From Geosiphon pyriformis uo1 (taxonomy: Eukaryota > Fungi > Glomeromycota), in NCBI GenBank assembly GCA_016748015.1, contig JAAOMT010000690.1, positions 496,001-560,000 of the forward strand: 64,000 nt of DNA, given 5' to 3'. Below the pieces are notes generated by a model. The model did no database searches. It was not told where the DNA came from and saw only the letters and a list, made by a program, of their open reading frames with translations. A program made the position numbers and the translations under genes. This document shows, one piece after another, positions 25,591 to 38,250 of the stretch; within the stretch, counting starts at the first letter, position 1; each line of letters starts with the position of its first letter.

Positions 25591-26720
25591 AAGTTGGGTT
25601 CCTCGTGTATTTTCTGATTTAAATTTATTTTTGGCAATTCATCATGTTCAAAGATAAATAATGGCTAATCATTTTCGTACAGAACATTTTGCCAATTAGT
25701 CAAAAGCAAAATTTATTTATTTATTTAGTTGTGTAATATCACACGAACTGCCATTTTTAGATTTTATACAACAATTTTTGACAGCCAACAAGAATATCTT
25801 CTAAATAAGAGCTTATCTTATGAAAAATCCTTGAAATTTTGTTGAATTTCTGACAAACCAGCATATGATTGACGTAGATAAATAGCTACAATATTGTCAA
25901 AAGTACTCTGACAATTAGCATAAAAACTCTGAATATAAAATTATAACAGCTATGTTATTTTTTATTAACAATCATAAACCATTGTTCAAAAAGATTTACA
26001 ACAGTGATTTTGAGATTGATTACATCAATTAAATTGCTTGCACATTCAATTTATTCTTTTGTTAATTTTTTGGTTAGACTTAATTATTTTTTTTCTGTTA
26101 TTTATATAATAAATACAATTACTTACAATTCAAATAATACTTATTTGTAAATATAAAGCTTTAAAAATTTTAAATATATTTTATTTAATATAAAGTAGTT
26201 TAGTGAGAAAGCTTAGTGTATTTTTAGATATCTTAATAAAAATTTCTTAAATCTGAATTGTTTAAAGAGTTTTATGTATGTAAATTATATTTTTGATATC
26301 TTATATTTTTCCTTTACAAATTGTAAATGAAATATCGAATTTGATATAAACAAAAAATTTAAATAGTTTTCCTTCGACACAATTTTTATCTAATAATTCA
26401 TGAAAAATTCTTTAATGATATCAAATCAAGATTAGTATAGAGAATACTGGAAATATTCTATGCATATCCATTCAAATAAAATTATTTTTATAACCTATGA
26501 ATTTTTTTTAATAATAAAATCAAATTAGAATTAGAAATATTCTATGCTCATATATTCAAATGAAGCTATTTTTATCAATTTCTGGGCGTATTGCCTAAAA
26601 AAAGAAAATGAATGGAGATACTATTACATAAATATGAATAATTTAAATTCAGAATTTTGATCTAAAAAACACTTTACTTAATACTCAAAGTAAAATTTTC
26701 TAATCCAGAAAAAGTAAAAG

Positions 26721-27611
26721 ATGAAACGACCATTCGGCTGTTGCTGTTTCATCAAATTAAGACCAGCTGTGGTGCTTATTAATATATTCATAATGGTATA
26801 TTATAACTGATAACAAGCCTTTTTAATTTTATTACCTTTATTCAAATATTAATTATTATGATCCAAAAATACTTAATTAAACCTTACTAGATATTTAGCC
26901 TTCATAATGCAATTACAAGATTAATTGCTTTTGGTAATCGAGATAGTTTATTAGCAATTGTAAAAATTTACCATACCTTTGCTATCAAATCTTTATTATT
27001 TTATGATTTTATAAACAAAATTATTTTTTACTTTTTTTAGCTTGGAGATTATGGTTTGAGTTTCTCTCTAATTTCTAGTATTATTGAAGCTATAATCACT
27101 TTTGGAGCTATTTATGGATTATTTTTTGTCTCTTTTGCAGTATGTTTAAATATTTTATTTATCAGACAATTAACTTTTTAACCTTTAAACTTTTTTTTAT
27201 AGAATATCTACTGCCTCCTTTGCCCACATGTTATAACTACTAATCTAAACACTGTACTTCAATCCGGTCTCGGAATCTTAGGAATAAATTTTTATCTTAA
27301 TTTAAAAACACGTTTTATTGAATACTGTGACAGTCCACCTAGCTATAAAATGGATGATTACGAAAAGGCTTATTATAATGTATTGCCGAATTATATTAAT
27401 ATGGTTGCTTTAAAGATCTTAATATTCATGAGTAAACAGATCATTATATTTCAAAGTACGAGTTTTTAATTTAAAATGACTTTAATATATATTTTTCACT
27501 CTTTCTTAGATTTATTTCTCATTGATTATTGCTGTGTATGCTACTCACCATCATGAAAAAAAAGAGAGAAACATAGAATCTAAAGAAAATGAAAGAGTCT
27601 CAATTTCATAA
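26721..27611 (+). CDS. Small four-TM membrane protein with N-terminal CCC motif; last junction is 1 nt out of phase (possible pseudogene)
   Basis: Phase-0 exons 26721-26795 (MKRPFGCCCFIKLRPAVVLINIFIM), 26891-26959, 27041-27139 and 27203-27430, then 27510-27611 (IYFSLIIAVYA...). Canonical GT-AG junctions and four hydrophobic segments. Absent from the ORF track. Confidence 0.7.
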
Positions 27612-29249
27612 AATTCACATTTAATATTTTTTCATCTGCTCATCTTTTTGATTAGATTTTTTATTCATAAAATGTTTTTTTTAAAGTCATTAATAAAGCA
27701 AAAGAATTCAAATGTATTTAGGCTTAGGGTGTTAATAAAGATATATTTTCTTGGATCAGTTTTTAAATATTTATAATTGTCTAATTTCTATTTTGAAGAT
27801 TAAAACCATTGAAAAATAACATCTACCTAAACACAGACTTTTACAAATTTCCTGGGATTTGTTAAACCGAATTTGTTTTGAATTAACTTTATAACTTTGT
27901 TTTTTTCTTATAATTAATTTATTAAAAAGAAATATAACTCAAATAATATTTAATCTTTTATCGCAATTATTAAGTAGCTGCTAAATTTCCATTTGAAAAT
28001 TTTTGAAATTAAAATTCAAACTAACTGTAATGAGCCTTGTGAAATGATTAAATTTTATTACAATTCCCATTATAAAAATTAGACAAAGAAACAGTTAAAA
28101 CCTTAAGCATAGAGAGTCTTCAGAATTTTCTTTATCAAATTTTTTTTACCTTTATGATAGTAAACTGTTAAAATAATGTTGTTGTTAATACAATCGAAAT
28201 CCTGCAACCAAATTTTTAAATGAATATAAAAACTTTTCAAATTTTGTTCTTCCTATCCAATTATTACATTTTTCTTCAGAAAAATTAAGGCATTAAAGCT
28301 TTACAACTTTTATAATTCTTAACGACAACAAATTTTAGAAATTTCAAAACAATATCGTGTCAGAAAATTGAAATTTTTTACTTCCTTGTTTTCTTCATTA
28401 GAAAGATAACTTAAAGTTCAAATAATAGAAAGATATTAAGTAGAGAAAAACTTTACTTTGAAAAATTTTACTTTTAAGTAAAGAAAAACGAATATTCTCT
28501 TAGTTTTTTTTGGTATTTATGTATTAAAATATAGTTACAAAGAAAAGCTCATTCGAAATCATTGAGAAACAAGCAAATGAAGTAAAATGAAAAATTACGG
28601 CTTTGTTTTGGATCTTTAAGTGAATAATAATTTTAAATTGTCCTAAAAAAGGACCTAAAAGGGATGCATATGGCAACGCAGATGGTAAACAAAATAAGAA
28701 AAATTACAATTCAAATAGGGTTTCTTGTGAAAACATAACAAACTTTTTAATCATTTATAAAGTGTAGGAATGTTTCTTTTTTTCTTTCTTTTATTTGCAG
28801 AAACCGAAATTTTTTTAAATGGCAAAATAAAAGCAAAAATTATTAATATTTTATTTTTTGAAACTGAAGATTTTTGCAAAAGTATATCTTTTTTAAAATT
28901 TAAAACTTTCAATCTTTAAATAACTTAACTTATGTATATGTACAAAAATTTAGTTTTGAGAAAACAATGTTTAAATAATAATATTTTTATTTTTTGGGAC
29001 TAATATACTTTAAACTATTGCAAATTATTTTTAAAGATGAATTTACACAACAGAATTTACAAAAATTAAAAAGTTTTTATTTGATGAAAAAATTATTTTT
29101 GAATTAAAAAAAAAGGTAAACTACTTGGCAATTGATAAAGTGAAAATACTTAAACTAATACAAAATATATTGTACTAAAACATAACTTATTATCAATGTT
29201 TTGTCAAATTTTGTTAAAATCAATAAACTTTTTATTCCAAATTTTATTT

Positions 29250-29790
29250 AATCATGCATTATTCATTGTTATTATATATTTTTTAATCTTATTATTTTTA
29301 ACATTAAATATTAACTTATTTATCTGATCATTGATCTAATTTTGATTTTATTGTTAATCAAGTTGTTAATCTAATTATTAACTTGATCATTAATGTTTTT
29401 ATTAAGTATATAAATTAAACTTCTTAAAGTTGCAGAAAATTATCTGAATCAGAGACATTAAAATTACTTTTAGATTATTTTATCTTTTATTTTCTTGATT
29501 ATATATTTTTAGAATTAGCTTGCAAATATATTGAATAAATAATTGCTGAAAAAATTTAATTATTATTATTGATTCTAAAAGTGCTTACTGAGAATAGAGT
29601 TTTAATAGTTATGTTATCTTTTATTAAAAATCACAAACTATTTCTATTTTCAATTTCTTTCAAAAGATTTTAGAGAATTATTTTTTAATTCAATACTTAC
29701 ATATTAAATTTGCTTTCTTGTTAAATTATTTTTATATTGTTCTTAATTTTTTTATCCTTTGCTGTCTGTTAGCTTGTTATTCCAATTCGT
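29250..29790 (-). mobile_element. Decayed repeat related to about 17900-18486
   Basis: Shared blocks: tgttatcttttattaaaaatcacaaactatttct vs tgttattttttgttaacagtacagactatttct, and tgtctgttagcttgttattccaat vs tatttgttagtttgttactctaat. Confidence 0.45.
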
Positions 29791-30009
29791 AAAAATAGAT
29801 GCAACATATTATCAATTAATATGGTTTATACTTACAGTTTAATATTTATCCAGCTTTGATCAGATGGTGCTTAAAGCACTTGAGCAATATAAACTTTGAG
29901 TAAAGAGAATTTAAAAAAGTGACGGAAAAAAAGAAAGAAGACTATCAAAAGACAAGTAAATGACAATTATGACTTTTCGATTACGCATCTTACACCTAAA
30001 AAAAATTAG

Positions 30010-30400
30010 GTCAAGAGACTGGTATTTTTGTATTATTGAAAAACAATGTGTGCATTCTTACAATGAATTCTTTATGGAAAATGTTAACATATGAAACTCT
30101 TATTCAATTTCATGGCGTTAGTAGAGGTAATTTTAATTTTATATTTTAGAGTATACTATTATAACTTTTGACTTTTTTGAAATTTCTTTCTTAAAGACAA
30201 ATATGCATTGGCTTTTTGATATGCTAATATTGGCCCATTAAACATTATCTCGAAATTAAAATCTCGAAAATCAACGGCAAAAGAAATTATCAAAATTTAC
30301 ACCGAAATTGAAATAATTGCAGGAAAAGAGAAACACTACGAAGCCCTATTGGTATCGATATCTGAGAATTTAAAACATTGCTCAGTGATATCCTCCACAA
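30010..30400 (+). pseudogene. Protein kinase (TKL-like) gene relic
   Basis: LIQFHGVSR followed by a GT intron, then YALAF*YANIGPL and a KRET-like segment resemble subdomains IV-V and X of fungal TKL kinases. Broken by stops and frameshifts. Confidence 0.35.
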
Positions 30401-31686
30401 GTCTCAGATTTAAATTTTTAAAAATTCCAAAATCTTTTGAACAAGTCTTTGTACATTAAAAATTACAATTCTTTAAAATTAAATCCTTAATTAATAAACC
30501 AAGATTCCTCGACTCACGAGGTTACTAGATTTGAATGTGGCAGATTTTCAGTATTTGAAAAGTGAAGAGCTCATAAAAAATTCTTGGCTATGTTAAAATA
30601 ACTTTCTTTTAAGCCAGGAAGACTACAAAGATTGGCAATTTGGTCAATGAAATTTTGTGAATTTTAAAAAATGTTGAAAATAAATATAAAGAGGATTTTG
30701 ATTCTTAAAGTAAGTTGTAGGAAGGTTCATTACAAGTAAGTTTTAAGGTTTGGTTTTTATCTTTCAATTATTCCTAATTTCTTGAAGTATATTTTCCAAT
30801 GAAAATATGCCAAAAACTTTATTACGAAAGATTCTAAAAAATACTCCTTCAGAGTATTTATTCACATGAAATTATTGAATTAGAATTCTTGATTTTTGAC
30901 ACCCAAACAGTTTCAAACTCGCGAGTGAAGAATACGATCTCCTTTCTGTGGATTTCACCCTGTAGGCGCACGATCCTTCCTTCTATGTGCAAGACTAATT
31001 TGTTGGAGCCATCGAAGAGCCCTACGTTTCTTGCACTTTGAAATAGAGACAACCAGTTTGAAATAAAGTTATCCATATACTTACATAGGCGAGCAATTAC
31101 TCCGATGTCACCGGAGCCTATTTTACCCAGGCTTTTAGAGGAAGCTTTAATGTGAAAATACTCAATGCTGAAGTTATTTACATTAACAAAACTACGCTTT
31201 CAGATTATATTCAAACTCCCTGAATTAAAAAAATAATGATTCATTCACGCTTAGATCAATTTATTGAAATTAAACCGCCTTGAAAAAAAATTAAACTTAA
31301 ATTTCAAATTTGAGAGATCAAGTTAAAAAGTCCTATCGAGATAAAAACGAAAGCTATTTTTTTAATTAAATGTTAATTTTCAAAGATGCAAAATATAATC
31401 ATTTTAGAAAATTTGAATTTTTATGAATTTGATCAATTGCAAATTTAATGGTGATTATTCACAATTAATTTTTAAAAGAATGGTAAGATTATCAAAAAAA
31501 ATTTCATTATCCGCGCAAACTAAAAAGTTTTGTACAAATTTTACTCATCTTCGGATTAACGAGAGTTACCATGTAGATGCAGTTAGATTTCAAAAGTTTA
31601 AAATCACATTTGATGTTGTTTAATTCATTCCTTACTGCTCAGGAATGAAACCTTTACACATCAAAAAAAATAATATAATCACCTAC

Positions 31687-32989
31687 CTAATATAATACTC
31701 TGGAAAACGCAGCTGCTATAGCAGCATGAACTTTGGTCTCGGGATGAAACTCATCATAATAGAAATGACTCCTAGGATCAGAACAAATTTCCACCGCTTT
31801 TCCAGATTTTAAAATGATACAAGCATCCTTGAAATTCAAGCTTGAGTCTTGATTTTTCATGTTAACCTGTAACAATTCCCAAAACTTAGTGATATCAAAT
31901 GAGTGAACAATAGCGTTTTGATGATCATCTTTGAATTTTTGGGTTTCTTCTTTTAGAAGTCGAGTTTCTGTTGCCGTAACGGATCGTAATTTTTCAAGAA
32001 ATTCAGCAGGAGAATCTTTGAAATATGGTAACTTGGAGATATCGAAGGTTGTTGGGAGAAGGAAATGTCGGATACCAGCTTGATAAAGTTTTACCCAGGT
32101 TAAAACAAGGTGTGCTACCACATTTCTTGGGTTGGCTTTACAGTCGGTAAATATGTAATCGTTACCGACGAGCCAGACCTGTATTTAATTAAAGATGTGA
32201 GAATTCTTCCAAAGAATTCTTGAATTAAAATTTGAGCATAAAGTTTCTTAAAGAAAGACAAAGTATACCACGGCCAAAGTATTATTAAGGTTGGTTCCCC
32301 TGGGCACGCTATCCACAAAGTTTTTAGCCTGTTGTTTTAATCCGGGAACCTCGATATCCCAATTTGCTCCTGCTTTTCCTAAAGTTTCATCTTAAAAGTT
32401 TTAGGAATTTAAAATCTTTAAAAGCAATTTTTCTTTGAATTTTTTGATTACCTTGACAAAGATCGTTGCTAAATGCAGAAAGAAGTAACGTTTAATCAAA
32501 GAAATTGATTTTAATCTATTTTTTAAAATTCAAAAAATTCAAAAACCAAAAAAAAATTATTAATATTTTTAATCCATACTCTGCAGTTGCACCACCATAC
32601 GCATAAGAAGTATACGAGATACCACCAAGCCTTTGGGACAAATACCATGGCCAGAGTGGTCCATTCGAATATCCACCTTTCCAAAATAATTCTATCAATG
32701 GCCAGCTGCCTTTTGTCAAACGATAAACATTTCCTTCATCTTGGAATATAAAAAAGTTGAGTAGAGTTTAAGTATCAATCGATATTTTAATCTTATAAAT
32801 TAAAAATTTTCATTATAGCTAACCAGAATACGAATCACCAAATACTAGCACTCTATCAAACGTTGAATGGTTGAAGAAATTGGGGATTATGAATCCTTTC
32901 CTCATTGAAACTTTAACCCCATTTACCGTTGATAACATGAAAAAAGATAGAAAGGTGAGAACTGTAATTAAATTCACTATTGAATTCAT
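31687..32989 (-). CDS. Secreted GDSL/SGNH hydrolase (CE16-like acetylesterase/lipase), 314 aa
   Basis: Exons 32989-32824, 32739-32580, 32468-32452, 32378-32269 and 32178-31687 (945 nt). Signal peptide; block I FGDSYSD; YSNGPLW; block II AYGGATAD; block III VGNDY; block V DEFHP. All catalytic residues intact. Confidence 0.92.
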
Positions 32990-33825
32990 CAAAGTTTTTT
33001 TCTTGCTCTCAGAAAGGATGGACAGGAAATTGGAAAAATTTTTTAATGTTTTTATGAATTTATCCCGATTAGTGGGAAGTATGTCACACACCCCCTCCCT
33101 AACCGGTTTATACCATTTATGATCCTTGTGTTGTTTGCAGATTAATAAAAATTCCACAAAGATATATGGGGGGGGGGGGTCACAAAATATAACTTTTATT
33201 TGAGTTCACCATCAAAAGAATGAAGGGCTGTATAAAAAAAATATATATTAAATTTATATTTATTCGTGATAAATTTTCCCGTCACATTCGTAATGAGTTC
33301 GAGGGTATAAATAAACACACTCTAGACGTTGAATTTTAAAAGATACTGAAATCTGAAAATTAAAGATTCAGAAAAACATTTTTAATAATGTTTCCAATTT
33401 CAATGATTTTTTTTGTGCATGATTCATGTCTATGTATAAAGTTCAACAGATACTACAGACAACTGCTAAAAATTCTTCAAGAAACATCTACTCCCTGCAT
33501 CAGAACTCTTTATCATCTCCCAATTCTTGATCCGATGGATTCAGAATAGCGTTTAAACATGTCAGCATTTTGGAAGATTCGAGGCAATGCTAGCTTTCAA
33601 TTATCCTCATATATTAATAAAGAAAAAGTGTTAAAAATAAGTATTAAAGTACTTGTTAATTCTGAAGCCAAAAGTTTTGTTTTCAAGCAGACCCATATTT
33701 GGATTTGTCCTTGGCTAGTGTATATAAAAGGATATAACAGACATGTACCAGAGGCAAAAAGAACAGACAGTGTAACTGAGTTGGTTGTTTCTTTCTCCAA
33801 ACTTTATTATTTAATAGAACCGAAT

Positions 33826-34173
<348 letters not shown>

Positions 34174-36003
34174 GTGGAAGATATATTAAGCATAAATTAA
34201 TTGAAAAAATAAATCTTATATTATAAAAGAATAAATCTTATTTTTAGTAATAGAAACTGAAATTATGGTAAGTTTAAAAAATTATATTTAAAAAGTAATT
34301 GAGGTAAAATTGGATATCTGCTTTTATTGATTATAACTGAAATATTTTAAAAATTTGTAACACAAATATATTTGAATTTGTATTTTCCAAATTTATTGTT
34401 ACATTTAATGAAATATTCCCGTGTTTTAAAAAAAAAGTAATTAACTTAAAAAGCAAGAAATATTATGTATAAAAAAATATTGGTAAATTAAATCGTTAAT
34501 AGTGAAAGACTATATAAATTAAGCTATTAAGAAATAAAAATATAAAAATAATAGCTTCGAAACAAATATATATGCACATATTGAAACTTAGTTTCAATGA
34601 ATATTAAATGGAAAAAGTTTCATCAAAGAGTTACAATAATAAATTTAATTTGATACTTTTAATAGCTTTAATTATTTATTTATTTAATAGCAACAAGATT
34701 TGTATCCGAGAAATGCTTTTGTAAACTGATATTTTTCAATGAACTTGGTGGCTTGAATAATAATAGACATAAATAAACATACACTAAATATTTGAAACAA
34801 GTTATTAAATATTGTGTTTTCTTTAGCTTGATGTTTAGGGGAACTAGTTTCATATGGAAACTTTACCAACTTGAGTACAGATTTTATTATGGATAAGAAA
34901 AAGGGTATCATTCAAATGTCTGATATTTGAGCTTCATAATATACATGTTTTATTTTCGTGTAGCTGTCATTTTAGCCAAGGCACAGAGTTAAATCCTTGC
35001 AAGTTTTAACGGTAAAAGATTACTTCTTACTGGGTAAGAAATTCTTCAAAGTAAATCTAATTAATTTCAAGAAGATACTCAAAGAGTGATTTTAGGGTTT
35101 ATTCTCTAGAGGCAGATTTTAAAAATTCAACTAATTTAAATAGTTAAATGTCCAAAAATGATTTTCGCCTCTCCACACACACACTTGTGCATTTCACGAT
35201 TATCGTACTCGAGTTTATAAACGTCACTTTTTTTAGGTAGAGAATTTTTTAAGCAAAAAAAACATTTTAAAATATTCATGTATTAAAAAGGAAATTGGAC
35301 CTTACCAAGTCCGAATATGTCATACTGTTGATTGGTGGAATGAAAATAGTGTGGCAAGAGATTGACAACCAATCAAATCTTACAAATCAGGGGGCGCTTC
35401 TCACCGTTAATCATTTACAAGCAGCAGTAGCAGCAGCAGCCAAGTACATTTACTGTGAATCAAAAATGGCTCAGTTTAAAAAAGATCGATACCTTTTAAA
35501 ATCAAAATTTTTTCAATGGTGAAAATTTTATTTCATTTTTAAAAAAAATGTGCATTATGATGAGTGTTGTTGGATGCAGTTAAGATGAAGATGGTGATGG
35601 TGATGGTGATGGTAGTTAAAAATAAAAGAAAGCTATAATTACAAATTAAAGGTTTTGCCTTTATGGGAAAAACATTGGAAAAATTAAAAATTACAAAATG
35701 AAGAGAATAAACGCGATATTAATAACCCTTCAACAAAAAAAAATTTCATTTCATTTCATTTCATTTACACTAATAGGAGTAATGAAAACATCAGCGAAAC
35801 AACAAAGGAAGCGAACAACAAGACCAGCTTATTATGCAAACGGATGTGTTTCGTGACTAAAACAAAACAACTAATCCTATCTCATTTAATAAAATACTGG
35901 TTTTAAAAATTAATTTCAAACATTTTTTGGCATTGTTCTTGAGAAAAACTATTTCAATTTATTACATTGTTCATTTTCATGAGAAAACGGAACTCATCAA
36001 AAA

Positions 36004-36705
36004 CTAAATCAATCTCCGACCATCAGTACGGAAATAAGCCACCATGAAATAAGCAAAAATCGCAATTACAACCAATGAATTCCATGCACAACGTTTTCCC
36101 CATCGTCTCGTTGCTTCCCCACGTCCAAAGAAACACCAACCCATCCCAATAAACCAGATAGGCCAAATTAAGAATCCCAAGACATATAATTTCTTGGTTA
36201 TTGGCCATGATTTTAATTCATCGAAATCCTCAAAGTTCGATAAAGATTTTGTGGCTGGATACAATGGAGGCATATCAATTGTTGCATGAAGGTAGGAAGG
36301 TAACGATTCCGTGGATGAAGCGTGAGGTGTTGAAGCGGGTAAATGTGCTGGGATAGGAATTGGAATATGGGGATTTTTACTAGTGGCAACATCATATTCT
36401 GGTGGTAGACTATGTATTGATTGAGTTTTTTGGGATCTTGATAAGAGCGTTGATAGATTGCTCTGGTCAAAATCAATTGAAAAATTTTTAAAATTAAAAT
36501 CAGATTCTTGTGACAATGATTTATTTGATTTTTCTGATGTTGATGATGATGGAGAATAAAGGGATGGTGAGCTAGACGTTATAATTATTTCTGGAACATT
36601 TTGAAATTTTTCTTGTCGTTCTTGAGATGAGAAAGTAGTTGAAGACGAGTCAGTATTATGTTGACTTTGATATTTCGTGAAAAAGTTTGATTTTGTTGAA
36701 GACAT
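36004..36705 (-). CDS. Ser-rich membrane protein with PY motifs and two C-terminal TM helices, 233 aa
   Basis: Single long ORF with raised GC. Motifs LPPEY, LPSY and PPLY. TM segments LYVLGFLIWPIWFIGMGW and SLVVIAIFAYFMVAYF. Confidence 0.85.
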   Translation of the reverse strand: MSSTKSNFFTKYQSQHNTDSSSTTFSSQERQEKFQNVPEIIITSSSPSLYSPSSSTSEKSNKSLSQESDFNFKNFSIDFDQSNLSTLLSRSQKTQSIHSLPPEYDVATSKNPHIPIPIPAHLPASTPHASSTESLPSYLHATIDMPPLYPATKSLSNFEDFDELKSWPITKKLYVLGFLIWPIWFIGMGWCFFGRGEATRRWGKRCAWNSLVVIAIFAYFMVAYFRTDGRRLI

Positions 36706-37283
36706 GATAAGTATATGTGTGTGTGAGTATGTATATAGGTGTGTTTGTTTGTTTGTTTGTTTATTTGTTTGTTTGTTGGATGTAGAAAATGGAAAAAGTA
36801 AAATTTGGTTTTTTCCAAAGATTCAAATTTAATTTATTAAGTAATTGTCAAATTCTCTGGGAAAGACAATTTTTTTGAAAAGGATAAAATAACAAAAAGG
36901 GAATAATCGTTGGATTTAAATGTGAAGTAGTCTTCTAACTAAGCTATTTTATATATTTGGAATGATGTTTCACATTGCGACAACAACAATAGTTAATCTT
37001 TTTATTCTAATTAATTAAGATTTTTTAGTATTATAGTTTTTGTTAAGGTAACAAAAAAATTTTATTCGTATCAATAACAACAATAGATTTATGGTAGTAG
37101 AATATTCTACTTTGGAGACTCAAAAGGGTAATAATGTATATTTTTTTTCCAGTTTTCTGGTACACACATTATTCTTATTATTCTTCTTCTTCTTGGGGAG
37201 GAGAAGAAATGGGAACGTTACCCAATTAATTTAAAATTATTTCATAGCATTGTTTTTTAAATTTTAAATATATCTTGTATAAC

Positions 37284-37353
<70 letters not shown>
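37284..37353 (+). repeat. Compound (GAT)n-(TAT)n microsatellite
   Basis: Directly visible. Confidence 0.95.
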
Positions 37354-37355
<2 letters not shown>

Positions 37356-38208
37356 GATAATCATAATGCCAATTGTTATAATTGATTCTACATACAATCA
37401 TAATCGACTTTTTTTAATTTTCTATTGTTTTAAGGCCGAGGAAAGAGTGAACAAGAAAATGCTGTATGATGGTGATGCCCACCGAGTGAGAAATTTTAAA
37501 TGAACAATATTTTTTAACATTATATTTATTTTTGTATGATATTATTATAATTATTATTTGGTTATGTATGTGCGTATGCGTTTATGTGTATGCTTCCAAT
37601 GGGGGGGATGTTTGTGAAACATGTAACCAATATTTTTTCTAAAAAAGGATATCAACGCAATAAGATTAAAATGACCAGGGAGAACAATATCAATATACAT
37701 CTGATTTTTACGGGAACATGATAACAGGATTTTTAATTGTACATCTGTGGTTACACTTTTAAGAGTTTGAAGATACATGTATTTTTTTTTTTTTAATCAC
37801 GAGAAATCAATCAAAAATCAGCTTTATTAAAATCACAAATTCTTTCGGGGAAATTGATAATCTATAAGCGTTTTTAAATATAATTGTTAAATCTCTCGAA
37901 AGTTTCAGATGAAAGTGAAATCGAGTAAGAAAATCAAAGCTTTAAATGTGTTGATTCATTTCTTTTTAAAGATTTAAAAATTCAAATTAAATTTAGGCTA
38001 GAGAGAGTGAGTGAGTAAGAGTGAGAGAGATAAAAACGTAGATTTATATAACTTTTTTGAACAATCGTAATATTTTTTTGACAGATATCAATCACAAACA
38101 AAAATCAAGATTTTATGCAAGATTTTTTATTTACATTTTAAAAAGGTAAAAATTGAATTGATAAAAAAATTCTCGTACAAGGTTTATTGAAAATTTTTGA
38201 GCATTGTG

Positions 38209-38209
38209 T

Positions 38210-38248
<39 letters not shown>

Positions 38249-38250
38249 TT
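38209..38250 (+). repeat. (TTTA)n microsatellite
   Basis: Directly visible. Confidence 0.9.

Noticed and set aside
34684-35050. 75-aa ORF and adjacent coding-like sequence
   Set aside because: No motif recognised and many stops in neighbouring frames.
37285-37503. Poly-Met/poly-Ile ORF resembling a signal peptide
   Set aside because: It is the (GAT)n(TAT)n microsatellite.
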